This document shows, in pieces, positions 29,375-38,742 of a stretch of 64,000 bases of DNA (position 1 is its first letter; the number at the start of each line of letters is the position of its first letter). The notes beneath the pieces were generated by a model that saw only the letters and a program-made list of their open reading frames with translations, was not told the DNA's origin and ran no database searches. The position numbers and the translations under genes are program-made. The DNA lies in contig JACZJK010000040.1 in the NCBI GenBank assembly GCA_014860575.1, forward strand, positions 34,082 through 98,081. The letters are read 5' to 3'. This stretch comes from Bacteroidales bacterium (lineage in GTDB: Bacteria > Bacteroidota > Bacteroidia > Bacteroidales > JAAYJT01).

Positions 29375-31708
29375 TTATCCGAAAATCCTCTGAATCAATT
29401 CAACAATAAGCCTGTTAAGACCTATGGTGGTTCCAACAAAAACAATACTTACCATGCTCATAAGCTTAATCAGAATGTTGATACTGGGACCGGAAGTGTC
29501 TTTGAATGGATCGCCAACGGTATCACCAACAACGGCTGCTTTGTGAGGATCGCTTCCTTTTCCGCCATAAGCTCCGCCTTCAATATATTTTTTGGCATTA
29601 TCCCATGCACCTCCTGAATTTGCCATCATGATAGCAAGCACAAATCCGCTGGTTAGGGCTCCGGCCAGCAATGCAATTACAGAAGCGGGCCCGAATAATA
29701 TTCCGACAACAATCGGTGTGATTACGGCCATCAGCGATGGTGTGATCATTTCGCGTTGTGCTCCCTTGGTACTGATAGCAACGCAACGGGCATAGTCAGG
29801 TTTTTCTGTGCCAAGCAGGATGCCGGGAAATTCCTTAAACTGCCTTCTTACTTCTTCAACCATGGCTTGTGCGGCGCGGCCCACTGCTCCCATTGACATA
29901 GATGAAAAAACAAACGGGAGTACAGCGCCTATGAACAGACCAATCAATACAAGTGGATCCATCAGGTTAACAGTAAGATGCCATAACCCATCAGAAAACT
30001 CCAGGAAGGAATCATATCCTGAATCTTCAGCGCTGGCAATTGCCGCATCCCAGTTATCAACATTAACAGTGTTCAGATGGAGTGCTTCCATAATTTTGTG
30101 GCCATACTCTGCGAGCAGTGCGAGTGCTGTGAGCGCTGCACTTCCGATGGCAAATCCTTTACCTGTGGCAGCCGTTGTATTTCCAAGCGCGTCAAGTGCG
30201 TCGGTACGCTTGCGAACCTTTGGATCCATATGTGCCATTTCGGCGATACCACCTGCATTATCAGCTACAGGGCCGTAAGCATCGGTAGCAAGTGTGATTC
30301 CCAGCGTGCTGAGCATACCCACAGCCGCCAGGCCAATGCCATACAATCCAAACATTCCGGCACCTGCGAAATAATAAGCACCTAGTGTTGCGATCACAAT
30401 AGTAATTACTGGAATAGCGGTGGATTTCATGCCTAGGGCAATTCCACCAATAATAATGGTAGCCGGCCCGGTCAGAGCTGTGCCGGAAAGATTTTGCGTT
30501 GGCTTATAATTATCGGATGTATAATATTCTGTGAAGTAACCGATTACGTTACCGGCAATCAATCCAACCATCATTGAACCCCATAACCCTATATTGTCCA
30601 TTCCCACTATCCACCATACAATGAAGAATGAGGCGACGGAGATTATGGCAGTTGAGCTATAAATACCGGTGCGTAAAGCCTTGAGCAATGTTTTTTGGGT
30701 AGCATTATCATCTGCTTTTACAAGAAAAGTTCCTATAATTGAAGCCAGGATTGCTACTACAGCTATCATTCCAGGCAATAATATGTACTGATAAACCAGG
30801 GCTTCCCTGAGTGATTCTTCCCAACCGGAAGTTACAGCCAGCGCTGCAACAGCGCCCAGGGCCATGGTAGCTACTATCGAGCCTACATAGCTCTCGTAAA
30901 GGTCGGCGCCCATACCTGCAACGTCTCCTACATTATCGCCAACATTATCGGCTATGGTTGCCGGGTTGCGGGGATCATCTTCCGGAATGCCGGCTTCAAC
31001 TTTGCCTACGAGATCGGCGCCCACATCGGCAGCCTTTGTATAAATTCCCCCACCTAAACGGGCAAACAGCGCCATTGCTGAAGCTCCCATACCGAAGGTA
31101 ATCATGATGGGAGGTATTTCACCGAGAGGAACCACAAAAACATAACGCAGTAGAATGTACCAGATGGCAAGGTCAAGCAGGCCAAGGCCAACAACGGTCA
31201 TTCCCATTACGGTTCCCGAGTTAAATGCAACCCTAAGACCTGCGTTCAAACTTTCGCTTGCAGCCTGGGCTGTTCTTGCATTGGCTTTGGTAGCTACCCG
31301 CATACCTATATAACCGGCAAGACCCGAAAAGAAACCACCGGTAATGAAAGCTATAGGTACGAACTCAGAAAGCCATCTTTCGCCGGTGAGAGCTGGAAGT
31401 ACCCACGATATGAATCCTAATAAAACAAAAAGTACAAAGAAAAAGATACCAACAACCTTGTATTGCTGGCGAAGGTAAGCCATTGCACCTTCCTGAATGT
31501 AATTTGAAATTTCCTGCATCCGTTCAGTGCCCGGGCTTTTTTTGTTAACAGATTTTGCCAGAAACCAGGCAAATACCAGTGCAACAATCGAACCTATTGC
31601 GATCAAATACATCAGATCAAATCCTCCAATAGTTTCAGATGCTTGTGCGGAAGCAGCAAACGGCAGAATTGCCATTGCCATCAGTAAGAAGAGCTGCTTT
31701 TTACTCAT
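29375..31708 (-). CDS. hppA: membrane-bound proton/sodium-translocating pyrophosphatase
   Basis: 777 aa, polytopic. Motifs [28 protein letters not shown] and [15 protein letters not shown] are present. Confidence 0.95.
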   Translation of the reverse strand: MSKKQLFLLMAMAILPFAASAQASETIGGFDLMYLIAIGSIVALVFAWFLAKSVNKKSPGTERMQEISNYIQEGAMAYLRQQYKVVGIFFFVLFVLLGFISWVLPALTGERWLSEFVPIAFITGGFFSGLAGYIGMRVATKANARTAQAASESLNAGLRVAFNSGTVMGMTVVGLGLLDLAIWYILLRYVFVVPLGEIPPIMITFGMGASAMALFARLGGGIYTKAADVGADLVGKVEAGIPEDDPRNPATIADNVGDNVGDVAGMGADLYESYVGSIVATMALGAVAALAVTSGWEESLREALVYQYILLPGMIAVVAILASIIGTFLVKADDNATQKTLLKALRTGIYSSTAIISVASFFIVWWIVGMDNIGLWGSMMVGLIAGNVIGYFTEYYTSDNYKPTQNLSGTALTGPATIIIGGIALGMKSTAIPVITIVIATLGAYYFAGAGMFGLYGIGLAAVGMLSTLGITLATDAYGPVADNAGGIAEMAHMDPKVRKRTDALDALGNTTAATGKGFAIGSAALTALALLAEYGHKIMEALHLNTVNVDNWDAAIASAEDSGYDSFLEFSDGLWHLTVNLMDPLVLIGLFIGAVLPFVFSSMSMGAVGRAAQAMVEEVRRQFKEFPGILLGTEKPDYARCVAISTKGAQREMITPSLMAVITPIVVGILFGPASVIALLAGALTSGFVLAIMMANSGGAWDNAKKYIEGGAYGGKGSDPHKAAVVGDTVGDPFKDTSGPSINILIKLMSMVSIVFVGTTIGLNRLIVELIQRIFG

Positions 31709-32155
31709 AAGGTTTGGTTTAAATTGGTTAAAGGTTTACTTTGAATAATTTCGGTTTGGTTGTAAGTGTTTCATAAATATTGATGAATGCCGCTTTATAT
31801 AGCCTGGCCATGAAACGCGGGCAAAAATAGCAAAGTATTTTATAAATTGTGCCTGGAACCCAACGCAAGTTTTTAAAAGATATTCAAACAGCCGGATGCC
31901 TTATGCACTATTCTAATTTATAAACAGCGAAGTCCTGTGCTGATATATGAAGGAACTTCTTTTTACGCTGCCATAATCATTAATAATCCACAATAGCAAA
32001 AAAATAAAAAATTTTTAGGGTCTAAAAGCGTTTCTGCAATATTGCTTACTTTTACAACCCTTAATAATTGCTGCGATGTTCAACAATTGGCCGTAACAAC
32101 TTGTTTTGCTTGTATCGAAAAATCATTTTCCAGAATAATTTGTAAAGACAACAGG

Positions 32156-32746
32156 ATGAGAAAGATTCAATTGGAAATAAAGGGAATGTCTTACAGCCAA
32201 TCGCAAACAAACGCCTATGCTTTGATCTTAGGTGAAGTGGATGGTAACCGAAGGTTGCCAATCATTATTGGCGCTTTTGAAGCACATGCCATTGCCATTG
32301 AGCTCGAAAAAATTAAACCAGCCAGGCCATTGACCCACGACCTTATAAAGAGTTTTGCCTCCACATTCGAAATTGAAATGAGCGAGGTGGTGATAAACAA
32401 ATTTCAAAAAGGCGTTTTTCATGCTGAACTGATTTGTTCAGATGGTAACCGGGAAATGTCTATTGATTCACGCACTTCCGATGCCATTGCCCTTGCCATC
32501 AGGTTCAGCTGCCCGATTTATACTTACGAATCAATCCTTAGCGAAGCCGGTGTTATTGTTGACGATGAAAACGAGGAGACAGCCCAGGAAGCAGAAAAAG
32601 AAAAGGAAAGGGCCACCCACGACCTCAGACAATTTAACCTTAGCGAATTAAAAGCCATGTTGCAGCAATCAGTTGAAGCAGAAGAATACGAGAAGGCATC
32701 AAGGATCAGGGATGAAATTAAAACCCGTAAAGGCGACCCTACATAA
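32156..32746 (+). CDS. bifunctional nuclease (DUF151/BFN) with C-terminal UVR motif
   Basis: ORF 32042-32746, trimmed to MRKIQLEIKGM. The RRLPIIIGAFEAHAIA...RPLTHDL pattern is present, and EEYEKASRIRDEI is a UvrB/C-type motif. Confidence 0.8.
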   Translation: MRKIQLEIKGMSYSQSQTNAYALILGEVDGNRRLPIIIGAFEAHAIAIELEKIKPARPLTHDLIKSFASTFEIEMSEVVINKFQKGVFHAELICSDGNREMSIDSRTSDAIALAIRFSCPIYTYESILSEAGVIVDDENEETAQEAEKEKERATHDLRQFNLSELKAMLQQSVEAEEYEKASRIRDEIKTRKGDPT

Positions 32747-32902
32747 AACATATGCAATTACAAGCTTTAGCCGAAAGCCAACTAAGAGTTCGCAAACATG
32801 AATAAACCGGGTAAGATAAGAATAACAAATACCTAATTCAGTATTACATTTTAGTGATCTTACTCACCAATACCATCATTAACTAATTCTTAACCCGATC
32901 CT

Positions 32903-34387
32903 ATGAAACATAACCGTAAAAGTTTGCCGCTTGTTATCGCGTTGATACTAATGGTAACTGTGGCTTTTGCCTCACAACAGCAGGACAGTATTGTTCAAAT
33001 TGCTGATACGACAATTCAGGTGGATCAAATTGAGGTTTCGACTGGTTCAGAAACATCATCTATTTTATTGTCAGATGCCGAAGGCGTTACAGGAATGAAG
33101 CTCATTACAATCCTTCGTGGAATGCTAGGCCTTGTTGTGCTTCTTATTATTGCTTTTTTGTTGAGTTCGAACCGCAAGGCCATTTCCTGGAAACTAGTGG
33201 GTATTGGATTGTCTATCCAGGTTGTGTTGGCCATAGGCGTGTTGAAAGTGCCATTTATTATGAGCTTCTTTGAGTTTATAGGGAAGATATTTATAGTCAT
33301 TCTTGACTTTACCCGCGTGGGAAGTGAGTTTCTGCTTGGTGGTTTAATGAATGTTGATGCTTACGGTTTTATTTTTGCTTTCCAGGTGTTGCCTACAATC
33401 ATATTTTTCTCGGCTTTAACCAGTTTGTTGTTTTACCTCGGCATCATACAAAAAGTGGTTTACGGACTAGCTTGGCTTATGACCAAAGCTATGCGCCTAT
33501 CGGGGGCTGAAAGCCTGTCGGTGGCCGGTAATATTTTTCTCGGCCAGACTGAAGCGCCACTTTTAATAAAAGCTTACTTGCCTAAAATGACAAAAAGTGA
33601 AATGCTGCTGGTAATGATCGGAGGGATGGCTACCATGGCCGGAGGAGTATTGGCAGCTTACATAAGCTTTTTAGGGGGGACCGACCCCGTGCAACGGCTC
33701 ATGTTTGCCAAGCACCTGATCACTGCATCTGTCATGGCAGCGCCGGGAGCGGTGGTGGTAGCAAAAATGCTGGTCCCACAAACCGAAGATATTGACCGGA
33801 CCATTGAAGTAACTAAAGATAAGATTGGCAGCAATGTGTTGGATGCAATATCGAACGGAACCGGCGAAGGCTTAAAACTTGCCGTAAATGTTGCAGCCAT
33901 GTTGCTTGTGTTTTTAGCTTTTATTGCGATGGCAAATTTTATTTTACTCAAAACCGGCAATCTTTTGGGTCTGAACCCCATGATTGCAGAATTCAGCAAT
34001 GGGCAATACAATGCTTTGTCGTTGCAGTTTATTCTGGGTTATGCTTTTGCTCCACTCATGTGGTTGTTAGGAGTAGCAACCCCTGATATTACCCTGGTTG
34101 GCCGCCTGCTCGGTGAGAAACTGATCATGACAGAGTTTATTGGCTATGTGAGCCTTGCCGAGCTGAAAGAGGCAGGAGCATTTGCTTCGGGTAAATCAAT
34201 CATCATGGCTACCTATATTCTTTGTGGTTTTGCAAACTTTGCTTCCATTGGTATTCAGATTGGCGGAATTGGCTCCCTTGCACCAAACCAACGCGTATTA
34301 CTTTCAAAATACGGGATGAAGGCGCTGGCAGGAGGAACGCTTGCTTCCTTGTTTTCAGCAACGATTATAGGGATCATACTGGGGTGA
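32903..34387 (+). CDS. concentrative nucleoside transporter (NupC/CNT family) with ~65-aa N-terminal extension
   Basis: 494 aa. GQTEAPLLIKAYL and the C-terminal GFANFASIGIQIGG are typical CNT motifs. Confidence 0.85.
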   Translation: MKHNRKSLPLVIALILMVTVAFASQQQDSIVQIADTTIQVDQIEVSTGSETSSILLSDAEGVTGMKLITILRGMLGLVVLLIIAFLLSSNRKAISWKLVGIGLSIQVVLAIGVLKVPFIMSFFEFIGKIFIVILDFTRVGSEFLLGGLMNVDAYGFIFAFQVLPTIIFFSALTSLLFYLGIIQKVVYGLAWLMTKAMRLSGAESLSVAGNIFLGQTEAPLLIKAYLPKMTKSEMLLVMIGGMATMAGGVLAAYISFLGGTDPVQRLMFAKHLITASVMAAPGAVVVAKMLVPQTEDIDRTIEVTKDKIGSNVLDAISNGTGEGLKLAVNVAAMLLVFLAFIAMANFILLKTGNLLGLNPMIAEFSNGQYNALSLQFILGYAFAPLMWLLGVATPDITLVGRLLGEKLIMTEFIGYVSLAELKEAGAFASGKSIIMATYILCGFANFASIGIQIGGIGSLAPNQRVLLSKYGMKALAGGTLASLFSATIIGIILG

Positions 34388-34553
34388 GGTTCCAGGTTCC
34401 AAGTTCAAAGCCCCAAGCCCCAAGACATAAGGAACAAGACACAAGACCAATAACCAGCAACCAGTAACCAGCAACCAGCAACCCGTAACCAGCAACCAGT
34501 AACCAGCAACCAGCAACCAGTAACCAGCAACCCGTAACCAGTAACCAGCAACC
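34388..34553 (+). repeat. 166-nt array with strict 7-nt period filling the whole nupC-thyA spacer
   Basis: There are 9 drifting units: ggttcca x2, agttcaa, agcccca x2, agacata, aggaaca, agacaca, agaccaa. Then 14 YAACCAG units and a partial unit run to the thyA ATG. Confidence 0.95.
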
Positions 34554-35345
34554 ATGCACCAATACCTCAAACTTCTTGATCATATTTTAAAGAACGGAGT
34601 CAGTAAAAGCGACCGCACAGGCACAGGAACCTTAAGTGTGTTTGGTTACCAGATGCGGTTCGACCTGGGCAAAGGTTTCCCGGTTCTTACCACCAAAAAA
34701 CTTCACCTGAAGTCAATCATTTATGAATTGTTATGGTTTTTGAACGGGGATACCAATATAAGGTACCTTAACGACCACGGAGTAAATATCTGGAATGAAT
34801 GGGCCGATGCAAATGGCGATCTGGGTCCTGTTTATGGCAAGCAATGGCGAAGCTGGCAGGCTGAAAATAAAGTTATTGACCAGATTTCGGAAGTAATTGT
34901 GCTTATCAAAAACAACCCCGATTCACGCAGGATGATCATCAGCGCCTGGAATGTTGCGGAATTGGAAAGGATGGCTTTGCAACCCTGCCATGTCCTGTTT
35001 CAGTTTTATGTGGCGGGCAACAAGCTTTCGTGCCAGCTTTACCAGCGCAGCGCCGATGTTTTCCTTGGCGTTCCGTTCAATATTGCATCTTATGCCTTGC
35101 TTACAATGATGATTGCCCAGGTCACCGGATTAGAGGCCGGAGAGTTTATTCACACTTTTGGCGATGCTCATCTTTATCTGAACCATCTCGACCAGGCAAG
35201 GCTTCAACTTACTCGCGAACCCAGAAATCTGCCTCAGATGCTTATCAACCCCGATGTAAAAGATATTTTTGAATTTAAATTTGAAGATTTCCAGCTTACC
35301 GGTTACGATCCCCATCCGCATATCAAAGCCAGTGTTGCAATTTGA
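34554..35345 (+). CDS. thyA: thymidylate synthase
   Basis: 263 aa. DRTGTGT.S.FG, the catalytic Cys in [13 protein letters not shown], and [19 protein letters not shown] are present. Confidence 0.97.
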   Translation: MHQYLKLLDHILKNGVSKSDRTGTGTLSVFGYQMRFDLGKGFPVLTTKKLHLKSIIYELLWFLNGDTNIRYLNDHGVNIWNEWADANGDLGPVYGKQWRSWQAENKVIDQISEVIVLIKNNPDSRRMIISAWNVAELERMALQPCHVLFQFYVAGNKLSCQLYQRSADVFLGVPFNIASYALLTMMIAQVTGLEAGEFIHTFGDAHLYLNHLDQARLQLTREPRNLPQMLINPDVKDIFEFKFEDFQLTGYDPHPHIKASVAI

Positions 35346-35360
35346 AAAGATTTTATTGCT

Positions 35361-36596
35361 TTACAGGTAGTCTGCTTTTTCGCTGTTTTCACCCAGAAAA
35401 GGTGCGACGGCACGATTATAAATTCCATGTACGAACGCTATGGCCATCCCGTAATTGGTTACAGGTATGCCAGCATCCACAGCAGGTTTGAGCCGGTTAA
35501 TCAGTTGTTTGCGGGTGATCACACAACCACCGCATTGTATTACAATGGCATACTCATTGATGTTGCGGGGCAAAGATGAAAGACCGGCTACCACTTCGTA
35601 TTCCAGTTTTTTGCCGCTGAAATTGCTTAGCCAACGCGGGATCTTCATCCGCCCGATATCATCGCAGGAAACATGATGGGTGCAGGATTCCAGGATCAGC
35701 ACCCGGTCGCCATCCTTTAATTTAGCAAGTTTTGGCGTTCCTTTCAAATAATTTTCAAAATCACCTTTTTGCCTTGCAAGCAAAATGCTGAAACTTGTCA
35801 ACGGAATATCCTTAGGTATCGAAGCATCCGCTTTAAGAAAAACCTGGCTGTCGGTGACTACCAACGCTGGTTTCGGGTTCATTCGTTTGATGAAGGCATC
35901 CACTTCGCGTTCTTTTACAACTACCGCTACGCCATCATGATCAAGTACATCGCGGATTACCTGCACCTGGGGCAGGATCAGGCGACCTTCGGGAGCTTCA
36001 ATATCAATAGGTGTAATCAACAGCACAACATCGCCGTAAGAGATCAGGTCGCCAACGATTGTCTTTTTTAACAACGCAGATTCCGGCATCAACCTGCGCA
36101 TCAGTTCCACCAGCATTTCTACCTGCCACTTATCGTTACTGGCAGCAATGAAATCCACAACTGTAACTTCGTAATCGGTTCTGATTTTTCCAATAAATAC
36201 GGGATTCGCGGGAGCCAGATCTGATTTATTGTGAACCACAAAAAACGGGATATCATGTTCACGAAATTTTGCCACCAGGTTTTCTTCATGCTCATTCCAG
36301 GCGTTGTTAGCGATCACAAGAATAGCCAGATCAATGGTTTTGAGCGCTGCTTGTGTTTTTTCGATTCGCTTCCCGCCAAGTTCTCCGGTATCGTCAATAC
36401 CGGCGGTATCCACCATGATCACCGGGCCGAGGCCATGAATTTCAATTGATTTTTTAACCGGGTCGGTGGTGGTGCCGGCCACATCGCTTACAATGGCGAT
36501 ATCCTGCCCGGCCAGCGCATTGATGAGCGAGCTTTTGCCATTGTTGCGGCGGCCGAAGATGCCTATATGCGGTTTGGTTTCCCTTCCTTTTGCCAT
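35361..36596 (-). CDS. hydF: [FeFe]-hydrogenase H-cluster maturation GTPase HydF
   Basis: 411 aa. GTPase motifs GRRNNGKSS, DTAG and NKSD are present. The dimerisation region is PIDIEAPEGRLILPQVQVIRD. The C-terminal cluster ligands are ESCTHH...QCGGC. It is colinear with Thermotoga HydF as I recall it. Confidence 0.88.
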   Translation of the reverse strand: MAKGRETKPHIGIFGRRNNGKSSLINALAGQDIAIVSDVAGTTTDPVKKSIEIHGLGPVIMVDTAGIDDTGELGGKRIEKTQAALKTIDLAILVIANNAWNEHEENLVAKFREHDIPFFVVHNKSDLAPANPVFIGKIRTDYEVTVVDFIAASNDKWQVEMLVELMRRLMPESALLKKTIVGDLISYGDVVLLITPIDIEAPEGRLILPQVQVIRDVLDHDGVAVVVKEREVDAFIKRMNPKPALVVTDSQVFLKADASIPKDIPLTSFSILLARQKGDFENYLKGTPKLAKLKDGDRVLILESCTHHVSCDDIGRMKIPRWLSNFSGKKLEYEVVAGLSSLPRNINEYAIVIQCGGCVITRKQLINRLKPAVDAGIPVTNYGMAIAFVHGIYNRAVAPFLGENSEKADYL

Positions 36597-36600
36597 GATC

Positions 36601-38046
36601 TTATTCGTCGCTTAAATCGTTCAGTGAGTAGCCAAGTTTTAGCAGGTTATCGGGTTTGAGGATTTGATGGAGCTTTTGTTCCGGAAGCAGATCAAGTTCC
36701 TGGTTCGCATGAAAAATATCCAGACCTTTCGTTTTCATTAGCTTTGCCAGTTCACCTGCTTTGTGATAGCCGATATAAGGAAGCAGCGCTGTGCTGATAG
36801 CCGGACTTTGCATCAGCCGCTTAATTGAAATTTCCACATTCACTGTAAGATCCTTGAGTAGGTTTTCCTTCAGGATCGAACCCATTGCAATGAGCAGTTT
36901 AAGGCTTTCGATCATTGCATGGCCGATAGCTGGTAAATAGGCATTGAGTTCAAGGCAGCCCTGAGCACAAAGATTGGTGATCAGGTTATCATTGCTGTAA
37001 ATTCTTTGGGCGCTGCTAACCACAAATTCCGGAATCACAGGATTGACTTTACCTGGCATAATGCTGCTTCCGGCTTGTTTTTGCGGAAGGTTCAGCACAG
37101 GAGTTCCACTAAGGTCCGATCCCAGCATTCGCAAATCGGAAACCATTTTTTCTAGGTTCACAGCATGGGATTTGAGCGTGGCGTGCACTTCAACAAAGGC
37201 ATCCTGGTTGGATGTTGTATCCGAAAGATTTTCGCCGCGTGTTACCGGCAAACCCGTGAGTTTTTGAAGTGTTGGAACTACTTCCATGATAAAAAAGCGG
37301 GGAACTGCCAACCCGGTTCCAATTGCGCTGCCACCCAGGTTTACCACCTTGATGCGTTCAAAACATTTGCTCACTCGCCACCAGTCGCGCGAAAGCGCTT
37401 CAGAGTAAGCGCTGAAAAGTTTGCCAAAAGAAGAAGGCACAGCTTCCTGCATTTGTGTGTAACCAATGCGTAGCACGTCACGGTATGCCTGCTCAAGCCG
37501 TTCAACCTCGGTTCGCAATTGATTGATAACTGTTTCCAGTTTATTGAGCAGCAACATTATCGCCACTTTCAATGCTGTGGGAACCACATCGTTGGTAGAT
37601 TGAAACAAATTGGCGTGCTCGATCGGGTCAATAACTTTGTAATTGCCAGGTTTATGACCGGCTTTCATCAAAGCAACATTGGCAATGATTTCGTTCACAT
37701 TCATATTGATGCTGGTTCCGGCACCACCACTAATGGCCGGAACAATAAAATTCTCAAAATGCTTTCCTGCAATTACTTCGGCAGATGCTTCTATCAGGTA
37801 ATCAAGGATTTTATCATCAGGTAAAGTTATCGGGAGCCCTTTTTTGCCATAGCGTTCGCGAGCAGCATGACCAAACTGTTTTCCGGTGAGATAGCAGGAC
37901 TGTTTCACAAATCCTAAGGCTTTATACCATTCCAGCGGGAAAGGGGTGAGATCGGGGAAATTATTTTTTGCCCGCAATGCATGAATACCATATAGGGCCT
38001 CTTCAGGAAGCTCAAGTTTACCGATGAAATCTTCTTCTGTGCGCAT
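36601..38046 (-). CDS. aspartate ammonia-lyase-like class-II fumarase/aspartase superfamily lyase
   Basis: ORF 36601-38067, trimmed to MRTEEDFIGKLELP. The superfamily signature GSSIMPGKVNP and QSTNDV are present. It lies 4 nt upstream of hydF. Confidence 0.8.
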   Translation of the reverse strand: MRTEEDFIGKLELPEEALYGIHALRAKNNFPDLTPFPLEWYKALGFVKQSCYLTGKQFGHAARERYGKKGLPITLPDDKILDYLIEASAEVIAGKHFENFIVPAISGGAGTSINMNVNEIIANVALMKAGHKPGNYKVIDPIEHANLFQSTNDVVPTALKVAIMLLLNKLETVINQLRTEVERLEQAYRDVLRIGYTQMQEAVPSSFGKLFSAYSEALSRDWWRVSKCFERIKVVNLGGSAIGTGLAVPRFFIMEVVPTLQKLTGLPVTRGENLSDTTSNQDAFVEVHATLKSHAVNLEKMVSDLRMLGSDLSGTPVLNLPQKQAGSSIMPGKVNPVIPEFVVSSAQRIYSNDNLITNLCAQGCLELNAYLPAIGHAMIESLKLLIAMGSILKENLLKDLTVNVEISIKRLMQSPAISTALLPYIGYHKAGELAKLMKTKGLDIFHANQELDLLPEQKLHQILKPDNLLKLGYSLNDLSDE

Positions 38047-38210
38047 GTTGTTGCGTTTGATGGACAAAAGTAAGGATTATTGAGCGATAAGCGATTTGGG
38101 TTTACCACGCATAGGCTTTTTTGCAGAATCGCAAAATCACCTATGGTCTAGATAAGTACGAGCAACAGCTACAAATAGCTGCCCTTGTTTATCTGTTTTG
38201 TGATTTGTTT

Positions 38211-38226
38211 TGGTTCGAAGTTTGCA
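38211..38226 (+). promoter_or_regulatory. candidate sigma-54 promoter (TGGTTCG-aagt-TTGCA)
   Basis: GG-N10-GC spacing is canonical, with 10/12 core matches to TGGCACG-N4-TTGC. It lies 40 nt upstream of the ATG at 38266. Confidence 0.4.
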
Positions 38227-38265
38227 AAACCTCGCTGACAAACCTTTAACCAAAACTATATTGTT

Positions 38266-38556
38266 ATGTTAAATTATCACGAACCAGTTGAAGAACTCAG
38301 CAAGGAAACCAGAGATTTTTCGAGGGCTTTGGTAAGTCTGAAAGAAGAAATTGAAGCCATTGATTGGTATCAGCAACGCATTGATGCTGCCGGTAACGAA
38401 GACCTTAAAGCTATTTTGGAACACAACCGGGATGAAGAAATAGAACATGCCTGTATGACCCTGGAATGGCTAAGACGTAACATGCCAGGGTGGGACGGAC
38501 AGATGCGAACTTACATTTACAAAGAAGGAGAGATTATAAGTAAGGAACAGGTTTAG
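38266..38556 (+). CDS. encapsulated-ferritin (EncFtn)-like ferroxidase, lacking cargo-loading peptide
   Basis: 96 aa. HEPVEEL, LKEEIEAIDWYQQR and NRDEEIEHACMTLEWLRRN match EncFtn metal-site motifs. The C-terminus YKEGEIISKEQV has no targeting peptide. Confidence 0.7.
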   Translation: MLNYHEPVEELSKETRDFSRALVSLKEEIEAIDWYQQRIDAAGNEDLKAILEHNRDEEIEHACMTLEWLRRNMPGWDGQMRTYIYKEGEIISKEQV

Positions 38557-38742
38557 CCAGAAATCACCAGTAATCTGGAAATAGGGACACTAAAATAATT
38601 CGTAAAGGACCTTCTCTCTATTTGGCTTCGACTTCCAGGGATGATATCAGGTATTGTAGAGATTTCTACACAACTCAATATATCTGTTGGGGAAATTTTG
38701 CAACCTACGGCTTTGAAAATTGTTTCTTTAAAAACTACCACG

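Noticed and set aside
34355-34583. Two minus-strand ORFs (71 and 69 aa; ...[18 protein letters not shown]...) listed in the ORF track.
   Set aside because: They are translations of the 7-nt tandem array, which is open in several frames because of its repetitive composition. There is no start context and they overlap the thyA start. They are not coding.
13770-38046. A functional link between gcvT/gcvP and hydF. Glycine-cleavage H and T proteins have been implicated in azadithiolate ligand synthesis in vitro.
   Set aside because: The genes are 7-20 kb apart, on separate transcription units, and separated by unrelated housekeeping genes. gcvH is absent. This is most likely coincidental placement of core metabolism genes.
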